DNA of 64,000 bases from Candidatus Marinacidobacterium sp. (GTDB lineage Bacteria > Acidobacteriota > Vicinamibacteria > Marinacidobacterales > Marinacidobacteraceae): positions 1,440,001 through 1,504,000 of the forward strand of contig OZ244852.1 of NCBI GenBank assembly GCA_965220965.1, given 5' to 3'. Shown here in pieces: positions 27,020 to 36,983 of the stretch (its first letter is position 1; each line of letters starts with the position of its first letter). Both the position numbers and the translations under genes were made by a program. The notes beneath the pieces are model-generated. The model made no database searches. It saw only the letters and a list, made by a program, of their open reading frames with translations, and had not been told where the DNA came from.

Positions 27020-28452
27020 GGCTGGATCCTCCGCGCGGCGAGCATGCCGCCCAGGACCATCACCAGCATCCACGCGCTGAGCATCGCCGCGGGTGGCGCG
27101 GCGCGGGCCAGGCGCACGTCGGTCGCGGCGGGCTGAAAGTCGAACTCGTCGAGCACGCTCCAGTTCTCCGCCGGCATGCGGGTGCGCCGTTCCGATGCGT
27201 CGTCCACGCTGCGATTCATGTCATCGCTGTAGGTGAGCTGCTCGGCATGCACCCGATTCAGGCCCTGCACGAAATCGAACCGAACCGCCTCGGCTTCGCG
27301 CAGGAACCGGTGGTGGGTGGCGAGGTCGGTCCCCGACAGCGCGCGGGAGCCCGCCGATACCGCGACAACCGGTGACGCCCAGCCGAAGGTTCCGGCGAAG
27401 TCCGCCTGCTCGGCTTCGCGGGCCATGCGCCGTTCGGCGTGCCGGTTCATGACCTCCGTCAGATCCGCCTCGGCGATCTCGGACACGACCCCCCGGAAAT
27501 TGACCGGGAGGTCCTCCACCTGGTCGACGCCGTATTGCGCCAGCAGGTTGGCCTGAAGCTGCCGGAACTGCGGCGCGCCGGCGTAATGGCCATCACCGAC
27601 TTCGCGGAGTTCGTCCTGCATGCGCAGTTCGGTCTCGAGCGTCCCCGGCGCCGGGATGGCCGCGCTGGCGGACTCCACCGCGATGCGCGGGACGACCAGC
27701 GCGGCGCCCAGCCAGACCAGCGCCAGCACGCCGAGGGCGAGGCTGCGTGAACGGACCCGGGTCGACACCAGCAGGACGAGCGCGCCCCAGACGAGCAGGT
27801 AGAGCGCGTAGAGCCCGAAGAGGCCGGCGGTCGCGAGCGGCTCGGCGCCGCGCCCGGCGGCGACCGCGCCCATCACCGCAAGCGGCAGCAGCAGCACCAG
27901 CGCCAGACCGGCGAGGGCGATCCCCTTCCCCGCGTAGAGCTGAACGCCGGTCACGCCCTGCGCCAGCAGCGGCGTCAGCGTGTTCTCCTCGCGCTCGCGC
28001 AGGATCACGCCGTGACCGATGGCGATCAGCAGCAGCGGCACGAACAACTGGTAGACGAGCGCGCCGGTCAGCTCCTCGAACCCGCCGAGTTCGGCGCTCG
28101 CCCGCGCGTCGGCGAACATGGCGGTGTTCTGCCGGTGGCCTTCGAGGAACATCGACTGCCCGGTCACCGAGTCCACGCCGGGGTCGATCATGGCGAGGGG
28201 CGGCGGGACGCGGAACACGTAGTGCCCGTAATGCACCATCCGGTGCGGGTGGCGATCGGGCTGGGCCAGAAAGGTCTCTTCGGCGAGGGTCTGCTGCTGG
28301 GTGCGGGTCTCGTGCTGCTCGCTCATCCGGAGCGCGGTGAGAACGCTCGTCGAGGTCAGGAGCAGCGCAAAGACCACCAACCCGCCGAGCGCGAGCCGCG
28401 ACCGCAGCCACAGCCGCCATTCCGCCTGTGCGATTCCGAGGAGTGTGCTCAT
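27016..28452 (-). CDS. ABC transporter permease (DUF3526 family)
   Basis: QPDRHPHRMVHYG, FLEGHRQN, ERE..TL..LLAQG. Confidence 0.85.
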   Translation of the reverse strand: MSTLLGIAQAEWRLWLRSRLALGGLVVFALLLTSTSVLTALRMSEQHETRTQQQTLAEETFLAQPDRHPHRMVHYGHYVFRVPPPLAMIDPGVDSVTGQSMFLEGHRQNTAMFADARASAELGGFEELTGALVYQLFVPLLLIAIGHGVILREREENTLTPLLAQGVTGVQLYAGKGIALAGLALVLLLPLAVMGAVAAGRGAEPLATAGLFGLYALYLLVWGALVLLVSTRVRSRSLALGVLALVWLGAALVVPRIAVESASAAIPAPGTLETELRMQDELREVGDGHYAGAPQFRQLQANLLAQYGVDQVEDLPVNFRGVVSEIAEADLTEVMNRHAERRMAREAEQADFAGTFGWASPVVAVSAGSRALSGTDLATHHRFLREAEAVRFDFVQGLNRVHAEQLTYSDDMNRSVDDASERRTRMPAENWSVLDEFDFQPAATDVRLARAAPPAAMLSAWMLVMVLGGMLAARRIQP

Positions 28453-29171
28453 CATGCCGCTGCGTGGGTGGCGAAGGCGGAGTGAACCGCTTCGGTGTCG
28501 ATCCGGTCGCTGCCCGATGGCCGGTCGAAGCTGCCGACGAGCTCGCCCTTCTGGAGAAGGTGGATCCGGTCGGCCACGTGACAGGCCCCGTAGACATCGT
28601 GGGTCACGAGCAGGATGGTCCGGCCGCTTTCGGCGAGGTCGCGGACCAGTCCGTTGAAGTCGTCGATCGCCGCCGGATCGAGGCCGGCGGTGGGCTCGTC
28701 GAGGAGCAGGATCGGCGCTTCCCGCAGGATGGCCAGCGCGATCGCCGCTTTCTGGCGCATGCCCTTCGAGTAGGTGGCCATGGGCTTGGCGCGGGCCTCG
28801 GGCTGGAGCGCCACCCGGTCGAGGGCCTCGTCGAGCGCTCGCCGGTCCGCCTCCTTCCCGGCCAGCGACAGGAAGTAGTCGAGATTCTCGTAGGCGTTCA
28901 GGTGGCCATACAGCGAGGTCGCTTCGGGCAGGTAAGCGACCACCCGCCGGACGGCGCTGACGTCGTCCCTCACGTCCCGGTCCTGAACGCTTGCGCTTCC
29001 GGACGACGGCTCGAGGAAGCCGAGGAAGGTCAGCAGGGTGGTGGACTTGCCGGCGCCGTTGCCGCCCAGCAGGGCGTGCACCTCGCCTTCGTCGATCGTG
29101 AAGGAAACGCCCTTCAGCACGGTCTGGCCCGAGCGCTTCACGTTGAGCGCCCGGGCGGCAAGGATGGGCAT
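28452..29171 (-). CDS. ABC transporter ATP-binding protein
   Basis: GGNGAGKST, YSKGMRQK, LLLDEPT, VTHD. Confidence 0.95.
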   Translation of the reverse strand: MPILAARALNVKRSGQTVLKGVSFTIDEGEVHALLGGNGAGKSTTLLTFLGFLEPSSGSASVQDRDVRDDVSAVRRVVAYLPEATSLYGHLNAYENLDYFLSLAGKEADRRALDEALDRVALQPEARAKPMATYSKGMRQKAAIALAILREAPILLLDEPTAGLDPAAIDDFNGLVRDLAESGRTILLVTHDVYGACHVADRIHLLQKGELVGSFDRPSGSDRIDTEAVHSAFATHAAA

Positions 29172-29206
29172 GATGCAGGACTCCGGATAAGTTCGAAACG
29201 GGGCGT

Positions 29207-30367
29207 TCAGAAGTAACTGAGCCAGGGTTTGTTGTGTTTCTCGCGGTGCTTGTAGGACGCGAACGCGGTCGCGATCGGATAGTGGATCAGCACCAGAACG
29301 ACGGCGCCGATCCAGATCCAGCCCACGCTGGCCAGACCAAAGCGCTCACCGTGGGTCGCGCCGAACAGCAGGAACAGCACCCAGTAGGCCGCGAGCAGGA
29401 CATAGAGGTGCACGACATACAGGAACATGGGCGCCAGGCCGAACGCCCGGATCGCGCCCAGCAGCCGGTTGCGGGCGTCGATCGACTCGACCCACGCCAG
29501 CAGCAGAAGACCGATGCCCAGCGTGACCATCAGATAGTTGGGCGACGGCGGATACTTGGTGAAGTTGAGGAACGACATCACCGTGGCGAGGAACGTCTCT
29601 CCCGCGGACCACAGCAACGTCTCGCCATAGAGGTTGAGACCCCGGAGAACGAGCAGGACGCCCAGACACGCGGAACCCGCCGCGATCAGCGCCTTGCGCC
29701 GCTTCCCGGGCGAAGACGACCGCGCATACAGCGGACCGGCCCAATAGCCCAGGAGAATGACGCCGAACCACGGGAGCGCCGGATACGAGAGGTTGATGGT
29801 CAGCCCGCCGATCTGCGCCAGGTCGCCCGGGTCGTGGAGGATGGTCCAGAGCACGTAGCCGATCCCGCCCGGTTCGAAGCTGATGGGCTCCAGAACGCTG
29901 TGGCCGAACGCCAGGAAGAGGCCCAGAGCGCCGATCGCCCAGGAACTCAACCGGCAGGCCAGCGAGAGCCCGATCAGGCACAGACCGATGACGAAGAGCA
30001 CCTGCAGGAACAGGAACGAGGGATAACTGTCGGCCCAGACCAGGTAGTAGAAGACCACCTCGATCCCGATGATGACGAGGCCGCGCTTCAGCAGGAAGGC
30101 GGAGGGCGACCGGTACGGACGGTCGGCGGGGTGGGCGTAGAGCCACGCCGAGAGGCCGGCCAGGAAGATGAAGATCGGCGCGGCGAAGTGGGTCAGGTAG
30201 CGGGTGAAGTAGAGGTCCGGTTCGATGAAGTCGAACATCGGATCGCCCGTTCGCGTGTGCATGTAGAAGCGCTCGCGAACGTGATCCAGCATCATCACGA
30301 GGATCGCGACGCCGCGCAGGACGTCGATCGACACGATCCGGCCCGCCGCCGGGATTGCGGCGCTCAC
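29207..30367 (-). CDS. DUF1624 / HGSNAT-like membrane acyltransferase
   Basis: SIDVLRG..MMLDH, THFAAPIFIFLAG, FLNFTKYPPS; start approximate. Confidence 0.85.
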   Translation of the reverse strand: MSAAIPAAGRIVSIDVLRGVAILVMMLDHVRERFYMHTRTGDPMFDFIEPDLYFTRYLTHFAAPIFIFLAGLSAWLYAHPADRPYRSPSAFLLKRGLVIIGIEVVFYYLVWADSYPSFLFLQVLFVIGLCLIGLSLACRLSSWAIGALGLFLAFGHSVLEPISFEPGGIGYVLWTILHDPGDLAQIGGLTINLSYPALPWFGVILLGYWAGPLYARSSSPGKRRKALIAAGSACLGVLLVLRGLNLYGETLLWSAGETFLATVMSFLNFTKYPPSPNYLMVTLGIGLLLLAWVESIDARNRLLGAIRAFGLAPMFLYVVHLYVLLAAYWVLFLLFGATHGERFGLASVGWIWIGAVVLVLIHYPIATAFASYKHREKHNKPWLSYF

Positions 30368-30521
30368 GCCGGGAGGCTCAAGGAACGGAGGGCGCTGGTG
30401 TGTTCCGGATGGGGCGCGGGTGAGACACGGCGACCGGGTCTCGAGGGCCAACCTGCTGGGGCCAGCCGCCGTAGCCGGAAGCTATCACGGCGGATCTGCG
30501 CTCGATCCCGGTCCGGATCCA

Positions 30522-31355
30522 TCACTCTGAACTCTCTCCCAGGTAGGTCGCCATGTCTTCCTGGAGGCCTTCGTGGAGCTGCGCGAGGATGTGCAGCCGG
30601 CCGAAGAGCCGCTGGACGCCGGACACGATGTCGTCGAGATCGTTGGCGACCGCGCTCCCCGAGAGCTGGCTGAGGTCCTGCATGGCCTGGTCCTGGAGAC
30701 CCAGGTAGCGCTCGAGCCGGTCGTATTCCCGGGCCCGGTCGAGCACCCAGTCGTAGTCGAAGTAGGGGGCGGCCTGGCTCGCCTGCGCCACGCTCCAGGC
30801 GGCGGTGGAGAGGACCGGCAGGTCCCACTCGAAGGAGAGCGCGACCTCGGCCGCCGGTTCGCCGCGCTGGCGCTTCAGCAGCTCCTGGAGCGCGGTCCCG
30901 AACTCGCTCCGCTTCTCGTTCAGCGTCGGCCCGGCCCGACGGAACTCGGCGAGGTTCTGCCCGATCTCCAGATCCACCGCCGCCCGCGCCTGCTCCGCGA
31001 ACGTGATGAGCCGCCGCTCCTCGCGCCACTCCTCCACGCCGAGCGCGACCATGACCGCGAAGACGACCATGAGCGCCTCGATGGCGATCTCGCCGAACCG
31101 CCGGCGTCGGGGGGTCCCGCCGGGCACTGCGGGGCGCGCCTGCGCGTTCCGGCCGCCTCCCGAGCCCCGCCCGCGCCGTCGCGGACGACCCCGGTCGGGC
31201 GGAGGGGGCGCTGCTCCCCGCCCGCCGCTCTCCCGGCGCTGGTCGGAACCGGTCCGCGGCCGCTGAGCGTTCGTTCGGCGGTCGTTGCCGGGGCGGCCAG
31301 GCGCGACCCGGGTCCGGGTTCCGGCGTCCGGGTCGGCAGAGGGTGTCCTAGGCAC
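30522..31355 (-). CDS. Hypothetical membrane-anchored protein
   Basis: E...VVFAVMVALGVEEWRE TM motif followed by a helical domain; start uncertain. Confidence 0.55.
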   Translation of the reverse strand: MPRTPSADPDAGTRTRVAPGRPGNDRRTNAQRPRTGSDQRRESGGRGAAPPPPDRGRPRRRGRGSGGGRNAQARPAVPGGTPRRRRFGEIAIEALMVVFAVMVALGVEEWREERRLITFAEQARAAVDLEIGQNLAEFRRAGPTLNEKRSEFGTALQELLKRQRGEPAAEVALSFEWDLPVLSTAAWSVAQASQAAPYFDYDWVLDRAREYDRLERYLGLQDQAMQDLSQLSGSAVANDLDDIVSGVQRLFGRLHILAQLHEGLQEDMATYLGESSE

Positions 31356-31446
31356 GCGGGGAATTGTCCACAAGTCCACGGCGGCGTCGCGCCACAACGC
31401 GGGCGGACGCGCCTGCAATCGCGACGGCTGGCTGCCGGAAGCGCGC

Positions 31447-31683
31447 CTACCGGTCCCGATCCTCTCGAATGAGGATGGCGCTGTCGGTCTGAGGGGTTCC
31501 AGCCGTCCGCGCGCGCAATCGCCGGGCTCTCTCACGGAACGCGGCCAGACGGGAGGCGCGGTCCACCAGCTCGGTCAGCAGGAATCGGATCTCTCCCTCC
31601 AGCGAACGGTGATTGGCCTTGGCCCGGACCTTGAGATGCTCGATCACGCGATCGTCCAGATTCCGGATGGTCAGGGCGCCCAT
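31447..31683 (-). CDS. FitA-like ribbon-helix-helix antitoxin
   Basis: LTIRNLDD.V...LK.RA..NHRSLEGEIR.LL and C-terminal DSA.LIREDRD; GGAGG RBS. Confidence 0.85.
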   Translation of the reverse strand: MGALTIRNLDDRVIEHLKVRAKANHRSLEGEIRFLLTELVDRASRLAAFRERARRLRARTAGTPQTDSAILIREDRDR

Positions 31684-31846
31684 GACTGTCCTCCGCACAG
31701 TCAGGCTAGCAACTGCTCACAGTTGCCTCGCCCGGCGCCGACAAGGACAGACAGCAGCCCCGCCGCAGGTACCCTCTTCTGCTGAAGCCGTTGGCTGAGG
31801 GCGCCCTTCCGGGCCCCGGCCGCGCGTCAGGCTCGAGGGAGGCCCG

Positions 31847-32971
31847 GTGGAAGCGATTTCGGAACTGCTCTCCAGGCTGTCGGAGGCGCTCGCCGGGGTT
31901 CCGGGGCTGCGCTACTGGACCGCGCTCCTCATCGTGACGGTCGTGATCGCGGCGGCGCGGCTGGCGGACCGGGGGGTGAGCTGGGCGTTCTCGCGCTTCG
32001 TCCGCAAGACCCAGACCCAGCTCGACGACATCGTCATCGAGCGCCTCCACCGGCCGCTCATCCGCAGCACGATGCTCGCCGGGGTCTATTTCGCGGTCGT
32101 GACGGTGGACCTGCCGGCGGGCGTGGAGACGTGGATCGTCAACTTCATCCAGACGCTGGTCCTGATCGTCTGGACCGCGGCGCTGCTGCCACTGGTGGGC
32201 GAAGTCATCCTCTGGATGAGCGGCCACCCGACGCGCTTTCCGGCGGTCCAGCCCGCCAGCCAGCCGCTCTTCCTGATCGCCGCGAACGTGGCGCTCGTCG
32301 GGCTCGCCGCCTACATCGGGCTGGCGCTTTGGGAGATCGACGTGGCCGGCTGGGCGGCTTCGGTCGGGATCGTGGGCATCGCGGTCGGATTCGCGGCGCG
32401 GGACACGCTCGCCAACCTGTTCGCCGGGGTCTCGATCCTCGCTGACACCCCGTACCGGATCGGCGACTACATCGTGCTCGCGGACGGCTCGCAGTTGCGC
32501 GGCGAGGTCCGCCACATCGGCCTGCGGAGCACGCGGATCGTCACCCGCGACGAGATCGAGATCACGATCCCGAACGCGACGATCGCCAACAGCACCGTCA
32601 TCAACGAGAGCGGCGGACCGAACATCCAGCAGCGGATCCGGCTGAAGGTCGGCGTCGCCTACGGCAGCGACGTGGAGCGGGTGCGCGAGGTCCTCGTCGA
32701 GGTGGCGCGTTCCGAGCCGCTCGTCTGCGAGGAGCCGGCGCCGCGGATCCGGTTCCGGGAGTTCGGGGAGTCCTCGCTGAACTTCGAGCTGCTCGCCTGG
32801 ATCGAGACCGCCGAACAGCGCGGGCGCGCCATCGACGCGCTCCACATGCGGGCCTACCGGGCGCTCGCGGAGGCCGGCATCGAGATCCCCTTCCCCCAGC
32901 GGGTCGTGCGGTTCGTGCCTTCCGAGGGCAAGCCGCCCGGCGGCCCCCACCCCGACCCCGACCCCGACTGA
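31847..32971 (+). CDS. Small-conductance mechanosensitive channel (MscS family)
   Basis: GIAVGFAARDTLANLFAG, IGLRST, IPN, VAYGSD, IEIPFPQR. Confidence 0.92.
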   Translation: MEAISELLSRLSEALAGVPGLRYWTALLIVTVVIAAARLADRGVSWAFSRFVRKTQTQLDDIVIERLHRPLIRSTMLAGVYFAVVTVDLPAGVETWIVNFIQTLVLIVWTAALLPLVGEVILWMSGHPTRFPAVQPASQPLFLIAANVALVGLAAYIGLALWEIDVAGWAASVGIVGIAVGFAARDTLANLFAGVSILADTPYRIGDYIVLADGSQLRGEVRHIGLRSTRIVTRDEIEITIPNATIANSTVINESGGPNIQQRIRLKVGVAYGSDVERVREVLVEVARSEPLVCEEPAPRIRFREFGESSLNFELLAWIETAEQRGRAIDALHMRAYRALAEAGIEIPFPQRVVRFVPSEGKPPGGPHPDPDPD

Positions 32972-33002
32972 GGCCGTTCCGTCCCCCGTCGGGGGCCGCG
33001 GG

Positions 33003-34259
33003 TCAGGCCTCGACCGCGACCTCGGCGCCCAGCGACCGCAGCCGCTCGGGCAGGTTCGCGTAGCCCCGCCGCACAGTCTCCAGCGGGCTGATCCGGCTCT
33101 CGCCGTCGGCCGCGAGCGCCGCCGCGATGAGCGCCATGCCGGACCGGATGTCGCGCGAGTCCAGCTTGCGCCCCCGGAGCGGCGTCGCGCCGTCGACGAG
33201 GATGCGGTGCGGATCGCACAGGAAGAGGCTCGCGCCCATGCTGCTGAGCTGCTCGAGCGCGAAGAGCCGCAGCTCGTACATCCAGTCGTGCATGAGCGTT
33301 CGTCCCTCGGCCTGGGTGGCGAGCACGGTGACCAGGCTGACCAGGTCCGTCGGGAACCCGGGCCACGGGGCGGTCGTGATCCGATGGGCGGCGCGGAGCC
33401 TCGACGGGGAGACGACGAGCCGGTCCTCTTCGACCTCGAGGTGGACGTCCATGCGGCCGAGCACCGCGGTGATGGGCTCGAGATCGCGGACGGCGGCGCC
33501 GCGCACCTCGATCTCGCCCCCGGTGATCGCGGCGACCACCGCCCAGCTTCCCGCCTCGATGGCGTCGCCGCGGATCCGGTGTTCCGCTCCGCGGGGGCGC
33601 GTTCCCCCGGTCACGCGGACGGCCGGGGTGCCGGCGCCTTCGACCGCAATCCCCATGCTCCGGAGGCAGGCGCAGAGCTCCGCCACGTGCGGCTCGCAGG
33701 CGGCGTTCCGGATCTCGGTCGTCCCGTCCGCCCCGGCGGCGGCGAGAATCGCGGTCTCGGTGGCGGTGACCGACGCCTCCGGGAGGTAGAACGACGCCGC
33801 CCGCAATCCGTCCGGGGCTTCGAAGACATGCGGGTCGCCCGGCTCGTCCCGGACGCCGAGCGCCCGCAGCGCCTGGACGTGGGTGGACATCGCGCGGCGG
33901 CTCGGGAAGTCGCCTCCCGGGGCGGCGAGGCTCGCCCGCCCGAGGCGCGCCAGCAGCGGCCCGGCGAGGAGCACCGAGCCGCGCATCCGGCCCACCAGCC
34001 GTGGATCGGGCTCGTGGCTCCGGACGCCGGCGCAGCGGACCCGGACCGTCGTGGTCCCGACGCCCTCGACCTCGGCGCCCAGCCCCTCGAGCAGCTCCGC
34101 CATGACCCGGACATCGGCGATCCGCGGCATGTTCGAGAGCGTCACCGTCTCGTCGGTCAGCAGACAGGCTGCGAGAAGCGGCAGCGCGGCGTTCTTGTTG
34201 CCCTCGACCCGGACGGATCCGGACAGCGGGCGGCCGCCTTCGACGAGCAGGGTCGACAT
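33003..34259 (-). CDS. murA: UDP-N-acetylglucosamine 1-carboxyvinyltransferase
   Basis: GNKNAALP, SVTATE, NAACEPH, PGFPTD, DIRSG, RGY. Confidence 0.95.
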   Translation of the reverse strand: MSTLLVEGGRPLSGSVRVEGNKNAALPLLAACLLTDETVTLSNMPRIADVRVMAELLEGLGAEVEGVGTTTVRVRCAGVRSHEPDPRLVGRMRGSVLLAGPLLARLGRASLAAPGGDFPSRRAMSTHVQALRALGVRDEPGDPHVFEAPDGLRAASFYLPEASVTATETAILAAAGADGTTEIRNAACEPHVAELCACLRSMGIAVEGAGTPAVRVTGGTRPRGAEHRIRGDAIEAGSWAVVAAITGGEIEVRGAAVRDLEPITAVLGRMDVHLEVEEDRLVVSPSRLRAAHRITTAPWPGFPTDLVSLVTVLATQAEGRTLMHDWMYELRLFALEQLSSMGASLFLCDPHRILVDGATPLRGRKLDSRDIRSGMALIAAALAADGESRISPLETVRRGYANLPERLRSLGAEVAVEA

Positions 34260-34277
34260 GGTCTGGGCGTCCTCCGA

Positions 34278-35240
34278 TCAGGACGGGGCGCCGGACTCCC
34301 CGAGGAACACGATCTCCGGCGCCAGCGCGACGCCGTACTTCGCGGCGACCGCGTCCTGGCAGCGCTCGATGAGGGCGCGGACATCGCTTGCGGTGGCGCC
34401 GGGCGCGGTGACGATGAAGTTGGCGTGCCGGCGGGACACCTCCGCGCCGCCGACGGCGCTTCCCTTGAGGCCGGCGCGGTCGATCAGCGCCCCCGCCGAA
34501 CACGGGGTCCCCTCCGGGAGGCTCACCTCGGCCGGGTCGGGGTTGCGGAAGACGCATCCGGCGCTCGGCTTCCGGAGCGGCTGGGTGCGCTTGCGGAACC
34601 GCACCGAGGCTCGGGCGGTGTCGCGCAGGTCGGACGCCGCGCCATCGGTCACCCGGAAATCCGCCGCGAGGACGAGCTCGCCGGTCGACTGGATGCGGCT
34701 TCGTCCATAGGCGAACTCCATTTCGTCGGCCGCGACGCGCGGCGCCTGACCGTCCGGCCCCAGCAGCGTGACCCCGGCGATGTGCTCGCCGACGCCCCGT
34801 CCGCCGAAGTGCGCGTTGCCGGCGACCGCGCCTCCGATGGTCCCCGGCGTGCCCGCCCAGCTCTCGAGGCCGGCGAGACCCCGGTGGATCGTCCAGCGGA
34901 CGAGGCCGTTCACGGTGGCGCCGGCCGAGGCGCGGACGAGCCCGTGCTCCGTCTGCTCGATCCCCCCGTGGCGCCACCGAACCACGAGTCCCCGGATCCC
35001 GGCGTCGCTGACGAGCGCGTTCGAGCCGCCGCCGAGCAGCGTGAGGGGAAGTCCCAGCTCACGGGCTGCAACCACGGCGGCCGCGACCTCCTCCGGAGAC
35101 CGGGCGTCGAGGAACCAGTCCGCCGGTCCGCCGACCCGGAGCGTGGTCAGCGGGGCCAGCGGTTCGTCGCGCCGGAGCCGGCCCGGTTCCCATCCCGGTT
35201 CGATGACTCGGTGGAGTCGCGCGTCGAGTTCCCGCGCCAC
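34278..35240 (-). CDS. murB: UDP-N-acetylmuramate dehydrogenase
   Basis: TTLRVGGPA, LGGGSN, PGTIGGAV..NA, QP...PSAGCVFRNP, HANFI; start approximate. Confidence 0.93.
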   Translation of the reverse strand: MARELDARLHRVIEPGWEPGRLRRDEPLAPLTTLRVGGPADWFLDARSPEEVAAAVVAARELGLPLTLLGGGSNALVSDAGIRGLVVRWRHGGIEQTEHGLVRASAGATVNGLVRWTIHRGLAGLESWAGTPGTIGGAVAGNAHFGGRGVGEHIAGVTLLGPDGQAPRVAADEMEFAYGRSRIQSTGELVLAADFRVTDGAASDLRDTARASVRFRKRTQPLRKPSAGCVFRNPDPAEVSLPEGTPCSAGALIDRAGLKGSAVGGAEVSRRHANFIVTAPGATASDVRALIERCQDAVAAKYGVALAPEIVFLGESGAPS

Positions 35241-35369
35241 CGCCCCGTTCGCGGTCCCCCGTGGGTCGTGATCCCGGGGGCGAGGCGTCGTCAACTTCTT
35301 CGGAAGGCCGGGTGGTGCGGCCGCGGCCAGATCCTGCGGAACCTTACGCTTCCCTTCGGACGCTGCGGC

Positions 35370-36869
35370 ATGACGGAGAAGAACCCCGGCCCCGACGCTT
35401 CCGGCGCCGTTCTGATCACCGGCGCCTCGGGCTACATCGGCGGGCGGCTGCTCGCCGCGCTCGAGCCGTCGGGACTCCGCATCCGGTGCCTCAGCCGCCA
35501 TCCCGAGGACCTGAGGCCGCGCGTCGGGGCGCAGACCGAAGTCGTGCGGGGCGATGTCCTCGACGAAGACTCGCTGGTTCCGGCGCTCGCGGGGGTGCGC
35601 GTCGCGTACTACCTGGTCCACTCGATGGCGGCCGCCGGGGACTTCCGGGAGCTGGACCTGAAGGCCGCCCGCATCTTCGGCCGGGTGGCGAAGCAGACGG
35701 GCGTCGCGCGGATCATCTACCTCGGCGGCCTCGGCTCGGGTCCGGGGCTCTCGGCCCACCTGGCGAGCCGGCAGGAAGTCGGCCGGGCGCTCCGGGAGTC
35801 GGGCGTTCCGACGCTCGAGCTAAGAGCCTCGATCATCCTCGGGTCCGCGAGCCTCTCGTTCGAGATCGTGCGGACGCTGGTGGAGCGGCTGCCGGTCATG
35901 GTGACGCCCCGCTGGACTCGCACCCTCGCCCAGCCCATCGCGGTCGAGGACGTGATCGCGTATCTGGTGGCCGGGATGGATGTCGATCTGCCCGAGAGCG
36001 CAGTGTGCGAGATCGGCGGGGCCGACCGGATCTCCTACCTGGGTCTGCTCCGGGAGTACGCCCGGCTTCGCGGCCTCCGCCGCATCATCCTCCCGGTCCC
36101 GGTCCTGACGCCCCGGCTCTCGAGCCTTTGGCTGGGGCTCGTCACGCCGGTCTACGCCCGGGTGGGGCGCAGTCTCATCGAGGGGGTGCGAAACGAGACC
36201 GTGGTGCGCGACGAGGCGGCGCTCCGCAAGTTCCCGGTCGAGCCGATGAGCGCGGCGCGCGCCCTCGAGCGGGCGCTCGCCAACGAGGACGAGGACATCG
36301 CGCGGACCCGCTGGTCGGACGCCTACCCGGCGCTGCGGGGTGACGCCCGGTGGGGCGGCGAGCGCTTCGGCGCGCGGATCGTGGAGTCGCGGACCGTCGT
36401 CGTGGAGGCGCCGGCGGACCGGGTGTTTCGTCGGGTCGAGGCGATCGGCGGCGCGACCGGCTGGTACTACGCCAACTGGCTGTGGCGGCTGCGCGGGTTC
36501 CTCGATCTGCTGGTGGGGGGCGTCGGCCTCCGGCGCGGCCGGCGGGACCCGGCGCGGCTGCGCGTCGGCGACGCGCTGGATTTCTGGCGGGTGGAGCTGG
36601 TGGAGCCCGGACGCCGGCTACGGCTGCGGGCCGAGATGATCCTCCCGGGACGGGCCTGGCTGGAGTTCGAGGTCGAGCCGGGCGAAGGGCGCTGCACGCT
36701 GCGGCAGACCGCCGAGTTCGACCCCTCGGGCTGGCTCGGGCATCTCTACTGGTACGCGCTCTACCCGCTCCACGGGCTGATCTTCGGGAACATGGTGAAG
36801 AACATCGCGCGGGCGGCGGCTTCGGACGCCGCCGGGGAAGGCGGGGGCGGCTCGCTTCCGAAGCGCTGA
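35370..36869 (+). CDS. YbjT-like atypical SDR with C-terminal DUF2867
   Basis: TGASGYIG, YYLVHSM, HLASRQEVG, GDALDFWRVE, LRAEM.LPG.AWL. Confidence 0.9.
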   Translation: MTEKNPGPDASGAVLITGASGYIGGRLLAALEPSGLRIRCLSRHPEDLRPRVGAQTEVVRGDVLDEDSLVPALAGVRVAYYLVHSMAAAGDFRELDLKAARIFGRVAKQTGVARIIYLGGLGSGPGLSAHLASRQEVGRALRESGVPTLELRASIILGSASLSFEIVRTLVERLPVMVTPRWTRTLAQPIAVEDVIAYLVAGMDVDLPESAVCEIGGADRISYLGLLREYARLRGLRRIILPVPVLTPRLSSLWLGLVTPVYARVGRSLIEGVRNETVVRDEAALRKFPVEPMSAARALERALANEDEDIARTRWSDAYPALRGDARWGGERFGARIVESRTVVVEAPADRVFRRVEAIGGATGWYYANWLWRLRGFLDLLVGGVGLRRGRRDPARLRVGDALDFWRVELVEPGRRLRLRAEMILPGRAWLEFEVEPGEGRCTLRQTAEFDPSGWLGHLYWYALYPLHGLIFGNMVKNIARAAASDAAGEGGGGSLPKR

Positions 36870-36879
36870 CAGGGGGCGG

Positions 36880-36953
36880 CGTTGCAAAGCCGCAGTCGAT
36901 TGCGTTGCGAATGCGCAGTCCAAAACGTTGCGAACGCGTAGTTGGATCGTTAC
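36880..36953. repeat. Three to four imperfect 22-23-bp tandem repeats upstream of the DUF4143 ATPase gene
   Basis: CGTTGCAAAGCCGCAGT (36880), CGTTGCGAATGCGCAGT (36903), CGTTGCGAACGCGTAGT (36926), partial CGTTAC (36948). Confidence 0.7.
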
Positions 36954-36983
36954 GGTCGTCAGACCGGAGACCGCGAATCAACC

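Noticed and set aside
33207-35369. N-terminal ~720 aa of the 1220-aa ORF 33207..36869
   Set aside because: Antisense shadow of murA/murB; the real gene starts at ATG 35370.
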